A stretch of DNA of 64,000 nucleotides. Origin: a virus. Lineage: Duplodnaviria > Heunggongvirae > Uroviricota > Caudoviricetes. The translations under genes and the position numbers were made by a program. Each line of letters starts with the position of its first letter. Position 1 is the first letter of the stretch. Shown one piece after another: positions 49,192 to 59,231 of the stretch. The DNA lies in IMG/VR virus record IMGVR_UViG_3300020045_008999, positions 532,786 to 596,785 of that record. One strand, written 5' to 3'. Below the pieces are notes generated by a model that was given only the letters and a program-made list of their open reading frames with translations, was not told the DNA's origin and searched no databases.

Positions 49192-49989
49192 ATGGCAAAT
49201 TCAATCAATACCGGGAATCAATACCGAACAAAAGTTGCAAAAAACAGTATAGGGGCTAATAAAATGATTACCTGTACATCAGTAATTTCATTTACTGGAC
49301 GTGGTGTATTCCAAGATGAATATGGAAACAGTGCTGAATATGAAATTAGTGAATTAATTCCATTCGGATATTTGAAACATAATAATAGTACATTTGACAT
49401 AGTCGAAGATTATTTTGGTAGTAAAGACTCACATGGTAATAAAGACATATTAGTAGGACATGCACACATTACAAAAAATGTACGCGGTGTTAAAACATTT
49501 TTTAAATTTTGGGAGGATTGTAAATATTCATCTAATTTAGGAAATGGATATGATTATGATATAAGATCTTTGACTAATCAAGAGGCTATTGATATATTAT
49601 TGGATGAAATATTATACGGAGTTCGCCCTGGATTAAATTCAACTAGTTGCGTAGGGACAACTGCCAAAGGAATTGATAAGGACCCTAATTATCATGATGG
49701 TAGTTATTTATTGCCTAATAATAAAAATTACACAATAACCTGGTGTGGTGACACCGTTATTATTCGTGAGGGTATTGATAATGGATGGTATTCTGGTGGT
49801 AACTCCGGCATTGAAATATATAACGGTAAAATGGACTGGGACCGTTATAAAACTGCCTTGATTCGGAAAGCTGCCACTAGCAAATTATCTAATTTAAAAG
49901 AAATCATGAACGACTTCCCAGAAGTCATTGATATAATTTTCGAGAAAATAAAAGACAATGATAAATTCAAATTAAATCAAGAATTTTAA
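49192..49989 (+). CDS. Hypothetical protein
   Basis: 265-aa ORF in operon. Confidence 0.6.
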   Translation: MANSINTGNQYRTKVAKNSIGANKMITCTSVISFTGRGVFQDEYGNSAEYEISELIPFGYLKHNNSTFDIVEDYFGSKDSHGNKDILVGHAHITKNVRGVKTFFKFWEDCKYSSNLGNGYDYDIRSLTNQEAIDILLDEILYGVRPGLNSTSCVGTTAKGIDKDPNYHDGSYLLPNNKNYTITWCGDTVIIREGIDNGWYSGGNSGIEIYNGKMDWDRYKTALIRKAATSKLSNLKEIMNDFPEVIDIIFEKIKDNDKFKLNQEF

Positions 49990-50014
49990 TCGGCGATCCA
50001 TTATTGTTCGCGAT

Positions 50015-50365
50015 GTGATGTTATTAAATGTTATGAGTAAGAAAGAAATAAGAGACCAATTTAGAAATTCGGTATTCAAGCGGGATAATTTTACTTGTCA
50101 AGTGTGTGGCATCAAAGCGACACCTCTTAATGCTACTGAGGTTTTTGACAGCCATCATATTACTGATCGGAGCGAAATTGTCAATGGTGGATATGTAAAA
50201 GAAAATGGAATAACGGTATGTAAAAAAGACTGTCATTTTTTAGTTGAATTATACCACATCAGTGAGGGACTGCAGTGGTCAGATGGATTACACCCGGATG
50301 ATTTATATAAATTAATCAATAGTTCAGAAGAATTAGCAATACAAAAAAGCAATGAACTCAGATAA
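50015..50365 (+). CDS. HNH endonuclease
   Basis: VFKRDNFTCQVCG, HHI, NGITVC...CH. Confidence 0.8.
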   Translation: MMLLNVMSKKEIRDQFRNSVFKRDNFTCQVCGIKATPLNATEVFDSHHITDRSEIVNGGYVKENGITVCKKDCHFLVELYHISEGLQWSDGLHPDDLYKLINSSEELAIQKSNELR

Positions 50366-50549
50366 AAACAGGAGTACCTTAGCACATTTTTATGTTTTTT
50401 CTGTTGATTGTGAAGGCAGTAATTTATACGAAAGAACCTGTGGTACATTAGAGGCAGCGGTTGAACGAGTAATCAAATTAAAACTAACTTACGCTGATGC
50501 TCTTTTTTTCAAGGATGATATACCTAAAGATTTTAAATATTACTATTAA
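50352..50549 (+). CDS. Hypothetical protein
   Basis: ORF in operon. Confidence 0.45.
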   Translation: MNSDKNRSTLAHFYVFSVDCEGSNLYERTCGTLEAAVERVIKLKLTYADALFFKDDIPKDFKYYY

Positions 50550-50609
50550 ATAGAATAAAAAACTTCATATAAAAATGAAGTACAAACCCAACCAACAAAT
50601 TAAAAAATA

Positions 50610-51329
50610 ATGAGTTCAGATAAAAAAGAAATAATTGGAATGATTCACCTTGCCGGACCAGATGTTGTGGCAAAAGCTCTTGCTGAAATAAAAATTTATG
50701 AAGAAGAGGGCTTATGTGGTATTATTATAGAAAATTACCACGGCAGCCTTTCTGATGTTATCAAGACACTTGACGCACTTGTTGTCAATCCAACAAAACT
50801 AAAGGTCGGGATTAACATTCTGCCTAATGAATATGAAACTGCGTTTGAGTTGTGTAACAAGTATGATTTTATTGAGTTTATACAATTAGATTATATTTCT
50901 GGAAATTATGTTAGGGTTCCTGAAATTGATACATATCATTTCGAAACAACACGAAATTCGATTCGTATCGACCGAACTCCCCCGCAAATTTATGGGGGTG
51001 TTCATCCTAAATATTACACACCGGTTGTTGGATCTGATCTCGAACAAGACATAAGTGTAGCATTATTGTACACCAATACTATTGTGGTTACCGGATCCGC
51101 AACAGGGTCGGAAACACCAATTGAAAAGATAAAAGAATTTGCACAATATCTCAACATTGGGGAACGGTTAATTATTGGAGCTGGGTTGAATCCGCTAACG
51201 GTTCGAGAACAATTAAGCTTAGCACATGGTGCCATTGTAGGTAGTGCGTTTAAACCAAATGGCATTACTCACCAAATGGTCGATCGAAATTTAGTAAAAT
51301 GCTTCATGGATGAAGTACTAAAAATATAG
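50610..51329 (+). CDS. BtpA/SgcQ-family TIM-barrel protein
   Basis: IIGMIHL, IIIENY, GINIL, VVTGSATG, GAIVGSAFK. Confidence 0.8.
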   Translation: MSSDKKEIIGMIHLAGPDVVAKALAEIKIYEEEGLCGIIIENYHGSLSDVIKTLDALVVNPTKLKVGINILPNEYETAFELCNKYDFIEFIQLDYISGNYVRVPEIDTYHFETTRNSIRIDRTPPQIYGGVHPKYYTPVVGSDLEQDISVALLYTNTIVVTGSATGSETPIEKIKEFAQYLNIGERLIIGAGLNPLTVREQLSLAHGAIVGSAFKPNGITHQMVDRNLVKCFMDEVLKI

Positions 51330-51334
51330 AACTA

Positions 51335-52456
51335 ATGGAATGGAAATTCAAATATTATGACATTTTAACCGGTATTGATTGGTTATCACTTGAAACTAAT
51401 TGTGATTGGTTTCGTGATATGGCTGATATACCACAAGATAAAATTTGGCATGCTGAGGGTGATGTTCAGATACATACTAAAATGGTTTGTGAAGCGTTAG
51501 CGGAATTACCAGAATTTAAAAAATTATCCGATCGTGATAAACACATTTTAATGACTAGTGCGTTAATGCATGATATTGAAAAAAGATCAACCACCGAAGA
51601 AAAAGAAAAGGACGGGCGAGTGTGCGTAGTAGCACCAAAGCATGCTGATAGAGGTGAAAAGACTGCTAGGATAATATTATACAAGGATTTTGATTGTCCT
51701 TATCAAATACGTGAATTGATATGTAAGTTAGTTAAGTGGCATGGGAAGCCATTACACAATTGTAGTGAAAAAACCATAATTAATTTAGCCACTCAGGTTC
51801 CCATTATCTGGTTGAGTATGCTTTCCAAAGCAGATATTTTAGGAAGGATATGTGACGATGCCGATACACAATTATATGCAATTGAATTCTTTTCCACATT
51901 TGCGGAAGACCTTCAATGTTTTAATAGTCCAAGGGAATTCAAGGACATGCTCACTGAATATACCTACTTGTCTAAAGATGTGTATTTGGACTACGAACCT
52001 TTTGACGACACCAAATTTAAAGTTACTATGTTATCTGCCTTACCAGGTTCCGGTAAAGATACTTATTTACGCAACCATTTACCGGGTGCCAATGTCATAT
52101 CGTTAGATGATATTCGAATTGAGATGGGGGTTAAGCGTAGGGACACCAAGGGCAATGGGCAAGTCATACAAGAGGCTAAAGAAAGAGCTAAGAAATACAT
52201 GAGGAAACACGTGGATTTCGTTTGGAACGCGACAAACATCACCAAACAACTTCGCTCACAGATAATTGATTTGTTTCTATCATATGGTGCTAGAGTAGAA
52301 ATAATTTATATTGAGGTCCCATATAAGCAAACCATATTACAAAACAAATCTCGCGAAGACATGATTCCCCAAACCGCAATCGATAAAATGATTGAGAAGT
52401 TGGAACCCCCGGTTCGGGAAGAAGCCCACTCAATAACATATTACGTAAATCAATAA
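51335..52456 (+). CDS. HD-domain + P-loop (AAA_33) polynucleotide kinase-like protein
   Basis: QDKIWHAEGDV..HT, HDIEK; LPGSGKDT, SLDDIR, WNATN. Confidence 0.8.
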   Translation: MEWKFKYYDILTGIDWLSLETNCDWFRDMADIPQDKIWHAEGDVQIHTKMVCEALAELPEFKKLSDRDKHILMTSALMHDIEKRSTTEEKEKDGRVCVVAPKHADRGEKTARIILYKDFDCPYQIRELICKLVKWHGKPLHNCSEKTIINLATQVPIIWLSMLSKADILGRICDDADTQLYAIEFFSTFAEDLQCFNSPREFKDMLTEYTYLSKDVYLDYEPFDDTKFKVTMLSALPGSGKDTYLRNHLPGANVISLDDIRIEMGVKRRDTKGNGQVIQEAKERAKKYMRKHVDFVWNATNITKQLRSQIIDLFLSYGARVEIIYIEVPYKQTILQNKSREDMIPQTAIDKMIEKLEPPVREEAHSITYYVNQ

Positions 52457-52753
52457 CAATACATATGATACATTATTCAACCATAATATTTGTGGTGATC
52501 CTTGTGATTATGCTTTATCTAACATTTAAGAATTATGGTGCCAATGAAGGGGGCATGGGTAATATTGCAATTTTATCCAATGCCTTCTTCGGAATGTTGC
52601 TTATAATATTTGTGCTTATTTGGGGTGGTATTTTTTGGTGGTAGAATTTTTGAAGAAATCTAAACCAAATAACCACTAATTAACGATTCTTGGATTGTCT
52701 AAGATGCCTAACATAAAACTTCATTAGAATTACAAATATTTAAATTAAGATAA

Positions 52754-53035
52754 ATGCCAAACAAAGCACAAAATGATAATTTTACCAAACCGATATTAGG
52801 GGTAGGTTTATCAGAAAATGATTTAGTAGAACTGGGATTTAGTAAACATCTTATGGTAGGTACCGGATGGAACTCAACTAGTTCAATGTGTGATGCTGTT
52901 TACTATTACAAGAATGGTAGAATCACAATAAATGCAACTCATTTTTGGACGTGGTTTTTAGATAATGAACAAAGAAATGATGTTGCTGTTAGTAGTAAAG
53001 AGGCTTTATCGGAGCTTATTAAAACTTACGCATAA
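52754..53035 (+). CDS. Hypothetical protein (cassette-like)
   Basis: Ends into palindromic element. Confidence 0.55.
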   Translation: MPNKAQNDNFTKPILGVGLSENDLVELGFSKHLMVGTGWNSTSSMCDAVYYYKNGRITINATHFWTWFLDNEQRNDVAVSSKEALSELIKTYA

Positions 53036-53161
53036 GGATTTCTCGCTTGTATGGTTAGTGCGGAAAAAAGGCCGAATTACACCATATAAGACTGAGCATC
53101 CAAGTATAAAAACAACTATAAATTAAATACCATACCGAATTAACTATACAAGCTGTTAGCG
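53030..53161. repeat. attC-like palindromic element
   Basis: Arms 53045-53063 / 53135-53153 (16/19 complementary), bounded by GCATAAG and GTTAGCG. Confidence 0.6.
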
Positions 53162-53189
53162 GTGGTTGTGTCTCATTAAAACGAAAAAT

Positions 53190-53417
53190 ATGCATGTGAC
53201 CAAAAAAGATTTAGATACAATTACAGAATTAAGCGCATTTGTATCAGGTGCTTTAGAAAGTGCTGATGATGTAGAGTATTGGGGTTCTTTAGAAAAAAGA
53301 ACAAACAATATAGAGAAAAAGATGCATAAACAATTTGAATCACAGCAGAGACGAAACAATAAACGTCAATTGTCTCATTTAACACATCGTCCTGCAACTT
53401 GTGGTAGTTTGGGTTAA
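53190..53417 (+). CDS. Hypothetical protein (cassette-like)
   Basis: ORF between two palindromic elements. Confidence 0.45.
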   Translation: MHVTKKDLDTITELSAFVSGALESADDVEYWGSLEKRTNNIEKKMHKQFESQQRRNNKRQLSHLTHRPATCGSLG

Positions 53418-53518
53418 ATAAATCCTAAAGTACCGATTAAAGACAGTTTTCACAAATACAAGACCAAAAAATAAATTAATAACTAATGCCCGAATTACCA
53501 CAAATTGCTGTTATAGCT
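53383..53518. repeat. attC-like palindromic element
   Basis: Arms 53394-53413 / 53489-53508 (17/20 complementary), followed by TGTTATAGC. Confidence 0.6.
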
Positions 53519-53548
53519 TGTGGTGGGTAGCTAAAACAAAACGTAATT

Positions 53549-53902
53549 ATGGAAATCAATGTAGATTACAATTTAACAGAAAAAGATTTTGATAAAATTG
53601 CTGAAAAAATTATTCAGAAACAATCAGACGAGGCTTTTATGAAAAAAATAACTGAGGTTTCTGAAAAAGTAGCAGAAAATAAGTATTGGCACGTATTTAA
53701 TGAGCAACATTCAAAAATAGAAATACATCATTTATTAGAAAAACACCTTTCTGGATTAGTAAAAAACGCTATGAAAGAAGATAATTTATTACAAATTGAA
53801 TTGCAAAAAGTTCTAAGTACAGATGAGATTAAAAAACTTGGGGCTAGACGATTAAGAGAAATAGCTTACCAATTAGAAAAAGAAGCAGAAGAACTTGAAT
53901 AA
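53549..53902 (+). CDS. Hypothetical helical protein (cassette-like)
   Basis: Flanked by 14/15 inverted ends 53509-53523 / 53914-53928. Confidence 0.6.
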   Translation: MEINVDYNLTEKDFDKIAEKIIQKQSDEAFMKKITEVSEKVAENKYWHVFNEQHSKIEIHHLLEKHLSGLVKNAMKEDNLLQIELQKVLSTDEIKKLGARRLREIAYQLEKEAEELE

Positions 53903-53942
53903 AATAAATCGAGCCATAAGCTATAACAACAATATTTTAATT

Positions 53943-54335
53943 ATGAGGTCTAAATTTGCATATAACTTACTCAATAATATATCACCGGAACGTCAGTTAG
54001 AAATTGATACGGATATTGAAAAAATGACCAAACATAATGAATGGATGGCTAGTAATGGATACGTATATAATACCGATACATCACCATCATTATTAATTAT
54101 AAGAGAGCATGGGTTTCACCCAATAGCTATCACATGCATGATGTGTGAAGAAACATTCCTTTTCGAAACCGATGAAGAGAGTCACGCAGCTTATAATCGA
54201 TTAGAGGTAGAATTGAACTTAGTATCTGGATGGTGGTATTCGTCTAGCGATTGGGCGGATGCTTTTGAATCTCATTGTAATGCAATTTATGATGGTGACC
54301 GTTCTTTAGCAGCACCAATATACTGGTTTAAGTAG
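53943..54335 (+). CDS. Hypothetical protein
   Basis: ATG MRSKF preferred start. Confidence 0.55.
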   Translation: MRSKFAYNLLNNISPERQLEIDTDIEKMTKHNEWMASNGYVYNTDTSPSLLIIREHGFHPIAITCMMCEETFLFETDEESHAAYNRLEVELNLVSGWWYSSSDWADAFESHCNAIYDGDRSLAAPIYWFK

Positions 54336-54416
54336 CATTTTATCACATAATATAATAAACTTTATTACTCTATGGTGATATAATATTATATAATCACAAA
54401 GTAATAAATTAATAAT

Positions 54417-57400
54417 ATGGACAAAACAATTGTACACTTGGCTGATTTCCAAGTAGAAGCTAGAAATTCGGGAATAGGGAACAGGTATGACGAATATAAA
54501 AACGGTCTTTCTGATGCACTAGAATCTATAAAAAATCAATCACCTGATATTGTTATAATCACCGGTGATTTATATCAATTTGCAGATACCACTGCTGCTG
54601 AAAGAAAATTACTAACATGGTTTCTGAAAGAGTTGGCTAAAATATCCAATGTGGTAATCACTAATGGTAATCACGATTTAAAGCAACGCAACAACCAACT
54701 TATTATTTCGGATAAAAATCAAACACAACCCGATGATATAGAAAGTGTTTTAGATGCACTAAGCCTACCAAATATAAAATATTTAAAAAGAACTGGTTTT
54801 TACAATGTATTCGACCAGGATTTTGCCGTATGGGGGCATTATGAAAAATTCAACAAAGTTGAAGACGATTTACTACCTTATTCACCATGGGATCTTCCAA
54901 ATGCGGATGATTATATTAGTAAAGCAGTAGATGGTACGTTAATCGAATTGTACCACGATCCAATTTCAAACTGTAAGGGATTTTCCGGCAAACCAGAGCT
55001 ACACTTTGTTGATTACAAAATGGAATTGTCTATGTTCAAATCTAAATTAGTTTTAGCCGGTGATATACATGCACCGGATATAATTGAGTATGCTAAAGGT
55101 TGCTATTTTACCTATTGTTCTTCAACAATAATGCGTAATCACGGGGAGGGTAACTATTATAAAAATTCAACACTCATACAAGATGGTAATAATAAACACG
55201 GTTACAATTCAATAAAATATGTAAATGGTGTTCCAGAGATTACATTTGTAGAGATACACCCAAGAGTTGGAAGACATACCATTTATTTAGACGCTGACTT
55301 TAATTATAACAATATTTCAGAATTGACGATAACCCAGCACAATTATAATATAATTAGATTTGTTGTTGAGGATAATGTCAATGACTTTTTCACAAACCAA
55401 GATCTTATCTTTGCTCATTTAAAAACGAAATACAATTGTTTAATAGAAGATCCTAGGTTTGATAAAAACATTGGAATTGAAATGGATGATGAACATACTG
55501 TTGATAATATAGAAAGTATTGTCACTGAGGAAAAAATCATGGAACTTTCTGAAATTTATATAAACAAAGTAATTGATAAAACCACCACAATTGCCGCTGA
55601 TGATCGCCCCGCTGCAAAGCGCATGTTACTAGATTTATTCAATAATGAATTTCTTAAAAGAGCGGATGTTGCAAATACCATGAAATACATCCAGGTAAAT
55701 CGCTTAAATATTTCCAATGCCTTAACATTTGGTGATGATGTTGAAATAATATTTAATGAGAGTGGGATTACTAGGATAACTGGGTCTAATGCGGTTGGTA
55801 AAACGAAAATATTCACAATACTTGGTTATATGTTTACTGATAAGTTATACGCGGACCAAAAAGTATCACAATATAAGAATAATCGATTAGACTTGTTTAA
55901 TTATAATAGGCCAAACGATGAAGTATTTACTGAAATGGATTTTTCTATAAATAAATTACCGTATAAATTATCCAAACGGGTTACTCGTGGGTGGAAACGT
56001 GGTAAAAATATGTGGAATGATAAAGACTGGAGAGATCATATCAATGCTACGCCGGATTTGGAAATTATTTTAACCACACCAGAGGGTGTTGTTACGGACT
56101 ATAATGAAGTGATGGCATTTATGACCGATTTAATCACATTTGAAGAATTTTATACACATCTTTTCGTCAATCAGCGTTCATTGGAAACTTTATTAAAAAT
56201 GAATCCTGATATATTGATTGGTGAAATTTTAAAAATAATAGGACTTAACTTCTTTGATTCTTTAAACGATTCATTTGATGAAGTGCGTGATACTATTACC
56301 AATACGTTGACTAAACCACAAGGTACAATGGACTCACTTTTCGAAGAAATAAATACTAATTTGGCTTTGATTGAATCTTTAACAGATGAAAAGTCCCTAT
56401 TGATGGTACATAATTTATCATTGGATAGTTTACAAACTATTGCAGCGGACCAAAGTGAAAATATAACTAAACGAATTGGTTCGGTTCGAGAAGAAAAGGT
56501 AGTTCAAGCAGAAATAGATACTGCCAATGAAAAAATAAAAGAACTGAATGGCCATGTTGATCGCATTAAATTGATTTTAGATGCAGACCGATTGATTTAT
56601 GATGGGATTGATGTGTTGTCATTGAAAAGTGACAACATAATCAATAATGCTACGATCTCTCAAAATAATAAAGAAATTGCTACAAACGAAGCAAGTAAAA
56701 ATCAACTTGATGCAGTTGTTGCTAATCTGAAATCAGAAATAAACAACTTTAAAAATGAGCATGAGAATAAGAAAAATGGTGATAAAAACATCATTGACAT
56801 TGAAATCAATAAACAAAAAGAAAAACAAGCGGGACTTTCTTCTCGTGCTGCTGAAATTAAAGAAATTATTTCACTACACAAACAAAAACTCAAAGATGAA
56901 AAACAGTTAAAAATTGACAAGCTTTTAGTTGCTATTGATCGTGAAAAAATAGAATTGGGTAACTTAGAAAGTGCGTTAGTTAAAAATGAAAACATTATAG
57001 CGACGAACGAGATTATTATCACAAATTCTAATCTAAGTATTGAGACTTTAATACAGGGGAAAACATGCCCGACATGTTTACGTGAAAAAGATGAAACTAA
57101 ATTAGATGGAATCAATGAATCTATCGCAAAACATGAACGTGACATTTTACATGCTAATGCAGTAATTGACGACACTAAAACTTTAATAGATGTACTTGGT
57201 ATTGAAATTGAAACTGTTTCATCACATGTAATTAGCGGTGAAGCAAATATACTAAAAATGCGTTCCGAAGAAATCGAATATTCTTTAAAAGATAATTCGG
57301 AATTATTCGAAGAGGGTAAAATACTTAAACTGGATCATGGTTTGGCAGAAGAAATTATCTTAAAATTAATTGATGATAAATCGGTAATTGATTTAGATAA

Positions 57401-58355
57401 TTCATATTTAACCAGCGACTATATAACTAAGAGAGAAGACCGAATTGCTAATATAAAAGAGGAAGAAGCCGCTTATGATGCATCAATCGTATTATTAGAA
57501 AAAAGTATAGATACCATTCGTGATTTGATTAAAGCATGTGAGGACAAGATCGATTTAAAGTCGACTAAAGAAATTGCTATAATCAGAATGGAATCTGAGA
57601 TTAACAACCATACTAAAGATATTTCAATTATTGATGATAAGTTAGGCCAATTAAATACTGAGATCGTTGCATCTATAGATGCAAATACATTGTTTGATGA
57701 GTTAGCAGCTATAAAAACTTCGATTTACGATCGTAAGATAGAGATTACTGAAAACGAAAATGACATAAATGAGAAAACTATTGCCATAAAAATGGCCAGT
57801 CTTAAAATCGAAGAATGTGAGACCAATATTACCAATTTAAAGCAGTATAATTTAACTACAGCTGTTATTAAACAATACAAGACCATGTTGGGTAAGACCG
57901 GATTACAGAAATATATTTTCGGTAAAATTGTTGATATACTTAACACGAAATTAAGTGATTTATTACAAGATGTGGATTTCCGTCTATTCTTTGACAAAGA
58001 ATCATTAGATTTGCGAAAATATAGTTTGCGTAAAAATGTAATTAGTGGGGTTCAAATGACCTCTGGTATGGAAACTACTATTTTAGGTTTAAGTTTACTG
58101 AATTCACTCAAAATGTTAAACCAAATTAGAAAGTTTAATTTTCTAATGATTGATGAAGTTTCCGGACAAATGAATAATGGTAAAAATTTAACATACTCAG
58201 CAAGTGACTACCAAGATTTATTGGTTCAGTTGTTGCATAAAATAAGAGAAACTAGTAACATTTATATAGTGGATCACGTGCTTGAATTTTTAGGTGAGAC
58301 AAGTGTTCTAGAAGTTCAGTATACCGAACATGGATCTATAGTAACTGTTCAATAA
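54417..58355 (+). CDS. Fused SbcD-SbcC (Mre11-Rad50, T4 gp47-gp46-like) recombination nuclease/ATPase
   Basis: HLAD, GDL, GNHD, GDIH; Walker A GSNAVGKT, coiled coil with CPTC hook, SGME signature, IDE, DH. Confidence 0.9.
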   Translation: MDKTIVHLADFQVEARNSGIGNRYDEYKNGLSDALESIKNQSPDIVIITGDLYQFADTTAAERKLLTWFLKELAKISNVVITNGNHDLKQRNNQLIISDKNQTQPDDIESVLDALSLPNIKYLKRTGFYNVFDQDFAVWGHYEKFNKVEDDLLPYSPWDLPNADDYISKAVDGTLIELYHDPISNCKGFSGKPELHFVDYKMELSMFKSKLVLAGDIHAPDIIEYAKGCYFTYCSSTIMRNHGEGNYYKNSTLIQDGNNKHGYNSIKYVNGVPEITFVEIHPRVGRHTIYLDADFNYNNISELTITQHNYNIIRFVVEDNVNDFFTNQDLIFAHLKTKYNCLIEDPRFDKNIGIEMDDEHTVDNIESIVTEEKIMELSEIYINKVIDKTTTIAADDRPAAKRMLLDLFNNEFLKRADVANTMKYIQVNRLNISNALTFGDDVEIIFNESGITRITGSNAVGKTKIFTILGYMFTDKLYADQKVSQYKNNRLDLFNYNRPNDEVFTEMDFSINKLPYKLSKRVTRGWKRGKNMWNDKDWRDHINATPDLEIILTTPEGVVTDYNEVMAFMTDLITFEEFYTHLFVNQRSLETLLKMNPDILIGEILKIIGLNFFDSLNDSFDEVRDTITNTLTKPQGTMDSLFEEINTNLALIESLTDEKSLLMVHNLSLDSLQTIAADQSENITKRIGSVREEKVVQAEIDTANEKIKELNGHVDRIKLILDADRLIYDGIDVLSLKSDNIINNATISQNNKEIATNEASKNQLDAVVANLKSEINNFKNEHENKKNGDKNIIDIEINKQKEKQAGLSSRAAEIKEIISLHKQKLKDEKQLKIDKLLVAIDREKIELGNLESALVKNENIIATNEIIITNSNLSIETLIQGKTCPTCLREKDETKLDGINESIAKHERDILHANAVIDDTKTLIDVLGIEIETVSSHVISGEANILKMRSEEIEYSLKDNSELFEEGKILKLDHGLAEEIILKLIDDKSVIDLDNSYLTSDYITKREDRIANIKEEEAAYDASIVLLEKSIDTIRDLIKACEDKIDLKSTKEIAIIRMESEINNHTKDISIIDDKLGQLNTEIVASIDANTLFDELAAIKTSIYDRKIEITENENDINEKTIAIKMASLKIEECETNITNLKQYNLTTAVIKQYKTMLGKTGLQKYIFGKIVDILNTKLSDLLQDVDFRLFFDKESLDLRKYSLRKNVISGVQMTSGMETTILGLSLLNSLKMLNQIRKFNFLMIDEVSGQMNNGKNLTYSASDYQDLLVQLLHKIRETSNIYIVDHVLEFLGETSVLEVQYTEHGSIVTVQ

Positions 58356-58367
58356 ATTTTTAACAAT

Positions 58368-58793
58368 ATGAATAATACAATTGCAAAACTTTCGGCATAT
58401 GATATTTATCAGTATCTGCCATATGAATTAAAAGGGATAATAATTTACCCAAATGGCAATAATGAAATATGTGTATTGATGCAACGATGTGGTAAAAATA
58501 ATAGAACAGATGTCGATGGATTTGTGAATGGTACTTATACTACTCTACCGATTCTGAAACCACTTTCGGATTTATCAGAAAGCCATATGCAGTCACTTGT
58601 TGCCTTAGCATCAGAATTCAGGGATAATTCACCCGAATTAAATGGATATATGGAATGTCATATTGATTCATTGAAGCTGGATATTACTACAAAAGTTCTC
58701 GAATACTTGTACAAAAACCATTACGATGTTAAAAATCTAATCGGTCGAGGATTGGGAATATCAATACATGATGTTGATAAATACATAGAATGA
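58368..58793 (+). CDS. Hypothetical phage protein
   Basis: YLPYELK...PILKPLSDL...HYDVKNLIGRGL. Confidence 0.65.
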   Translation: MNNTIAKLSAYDIYQYLPYELKGIIIYPNGNNEICVLMQRCGKNNRTDVDGFVNGTYTTLPILKPLSDLSESHMQSLVALASEFRDNSPELNGYMECHIDSLKLDITTKVLEYLYKNHYDVKNLIGRGLGISIHDVDKYIE

Positions 58794-59182
58794 AGTATAG
58801 TCCACCAATCATCAATGATGAACATGTGATAAAATTTGGAAAATTGATAAGTAGAGCAACCGATCAGGGCATTAGAAATGCCGAAATTTACAATTGTGAA
58901 AATATACCACATGATGTTTATCGAAAAATGGTACTTGATGAAATTACCAAGGAATTTATCAAATTTATGAAACGAAAGGAATTTATACATTACCTAAAAT
59001 GGATAAAATTTGAATTTATCAAATTATATACATCTGAACAAGGTGTTATTCGCGCTTCTTATAAAATTGGTGATAATGTTATTCTGGAAATTCAGCCGGC
59101 GACTATGGTAGAAGAAATCTTCCGGACACATTTGGTAAAAGCATACAACAGATTTTTAATAATTGATTTTATAATTACATAA
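58790..59182 (+). CDS. Hypothetical protein
   Basis: ATGA-coupled ORF. Confidence 0.55.
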   Translation: MKYSPPIINDEHVIKFGKLISRATDQGIRNAEIYNCENIPHDVYRKMVLDEITKEFIKFMKRKEFIHYLKWIKFEFIKLYTSEQGVIRASYKIGDNVILEIQPATMVEEIFRTHLVKAYNRFLIIDFIIT

Positions 59183-59211
59183 AAAAAGGACTCAATATTG
59201 AGTCCTTTTTT
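59182..59211. terminator. Bidirectional intrinsic terminator
   Basis: AAAAAAGGACTCAAT/ATTGAGTCCTTTTTT palindrome. Confidence 0.85.
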
Positions 59212-59231
59212 AATATTACATATTTTACAAA

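Noticed and set aside
50015-50365. HNH as an intron-encoded homing endonuclease or Cas-associated nuclease
   Set aside because: Neighbouring genes appear intact, no intron signature, and it is far from the cas operon
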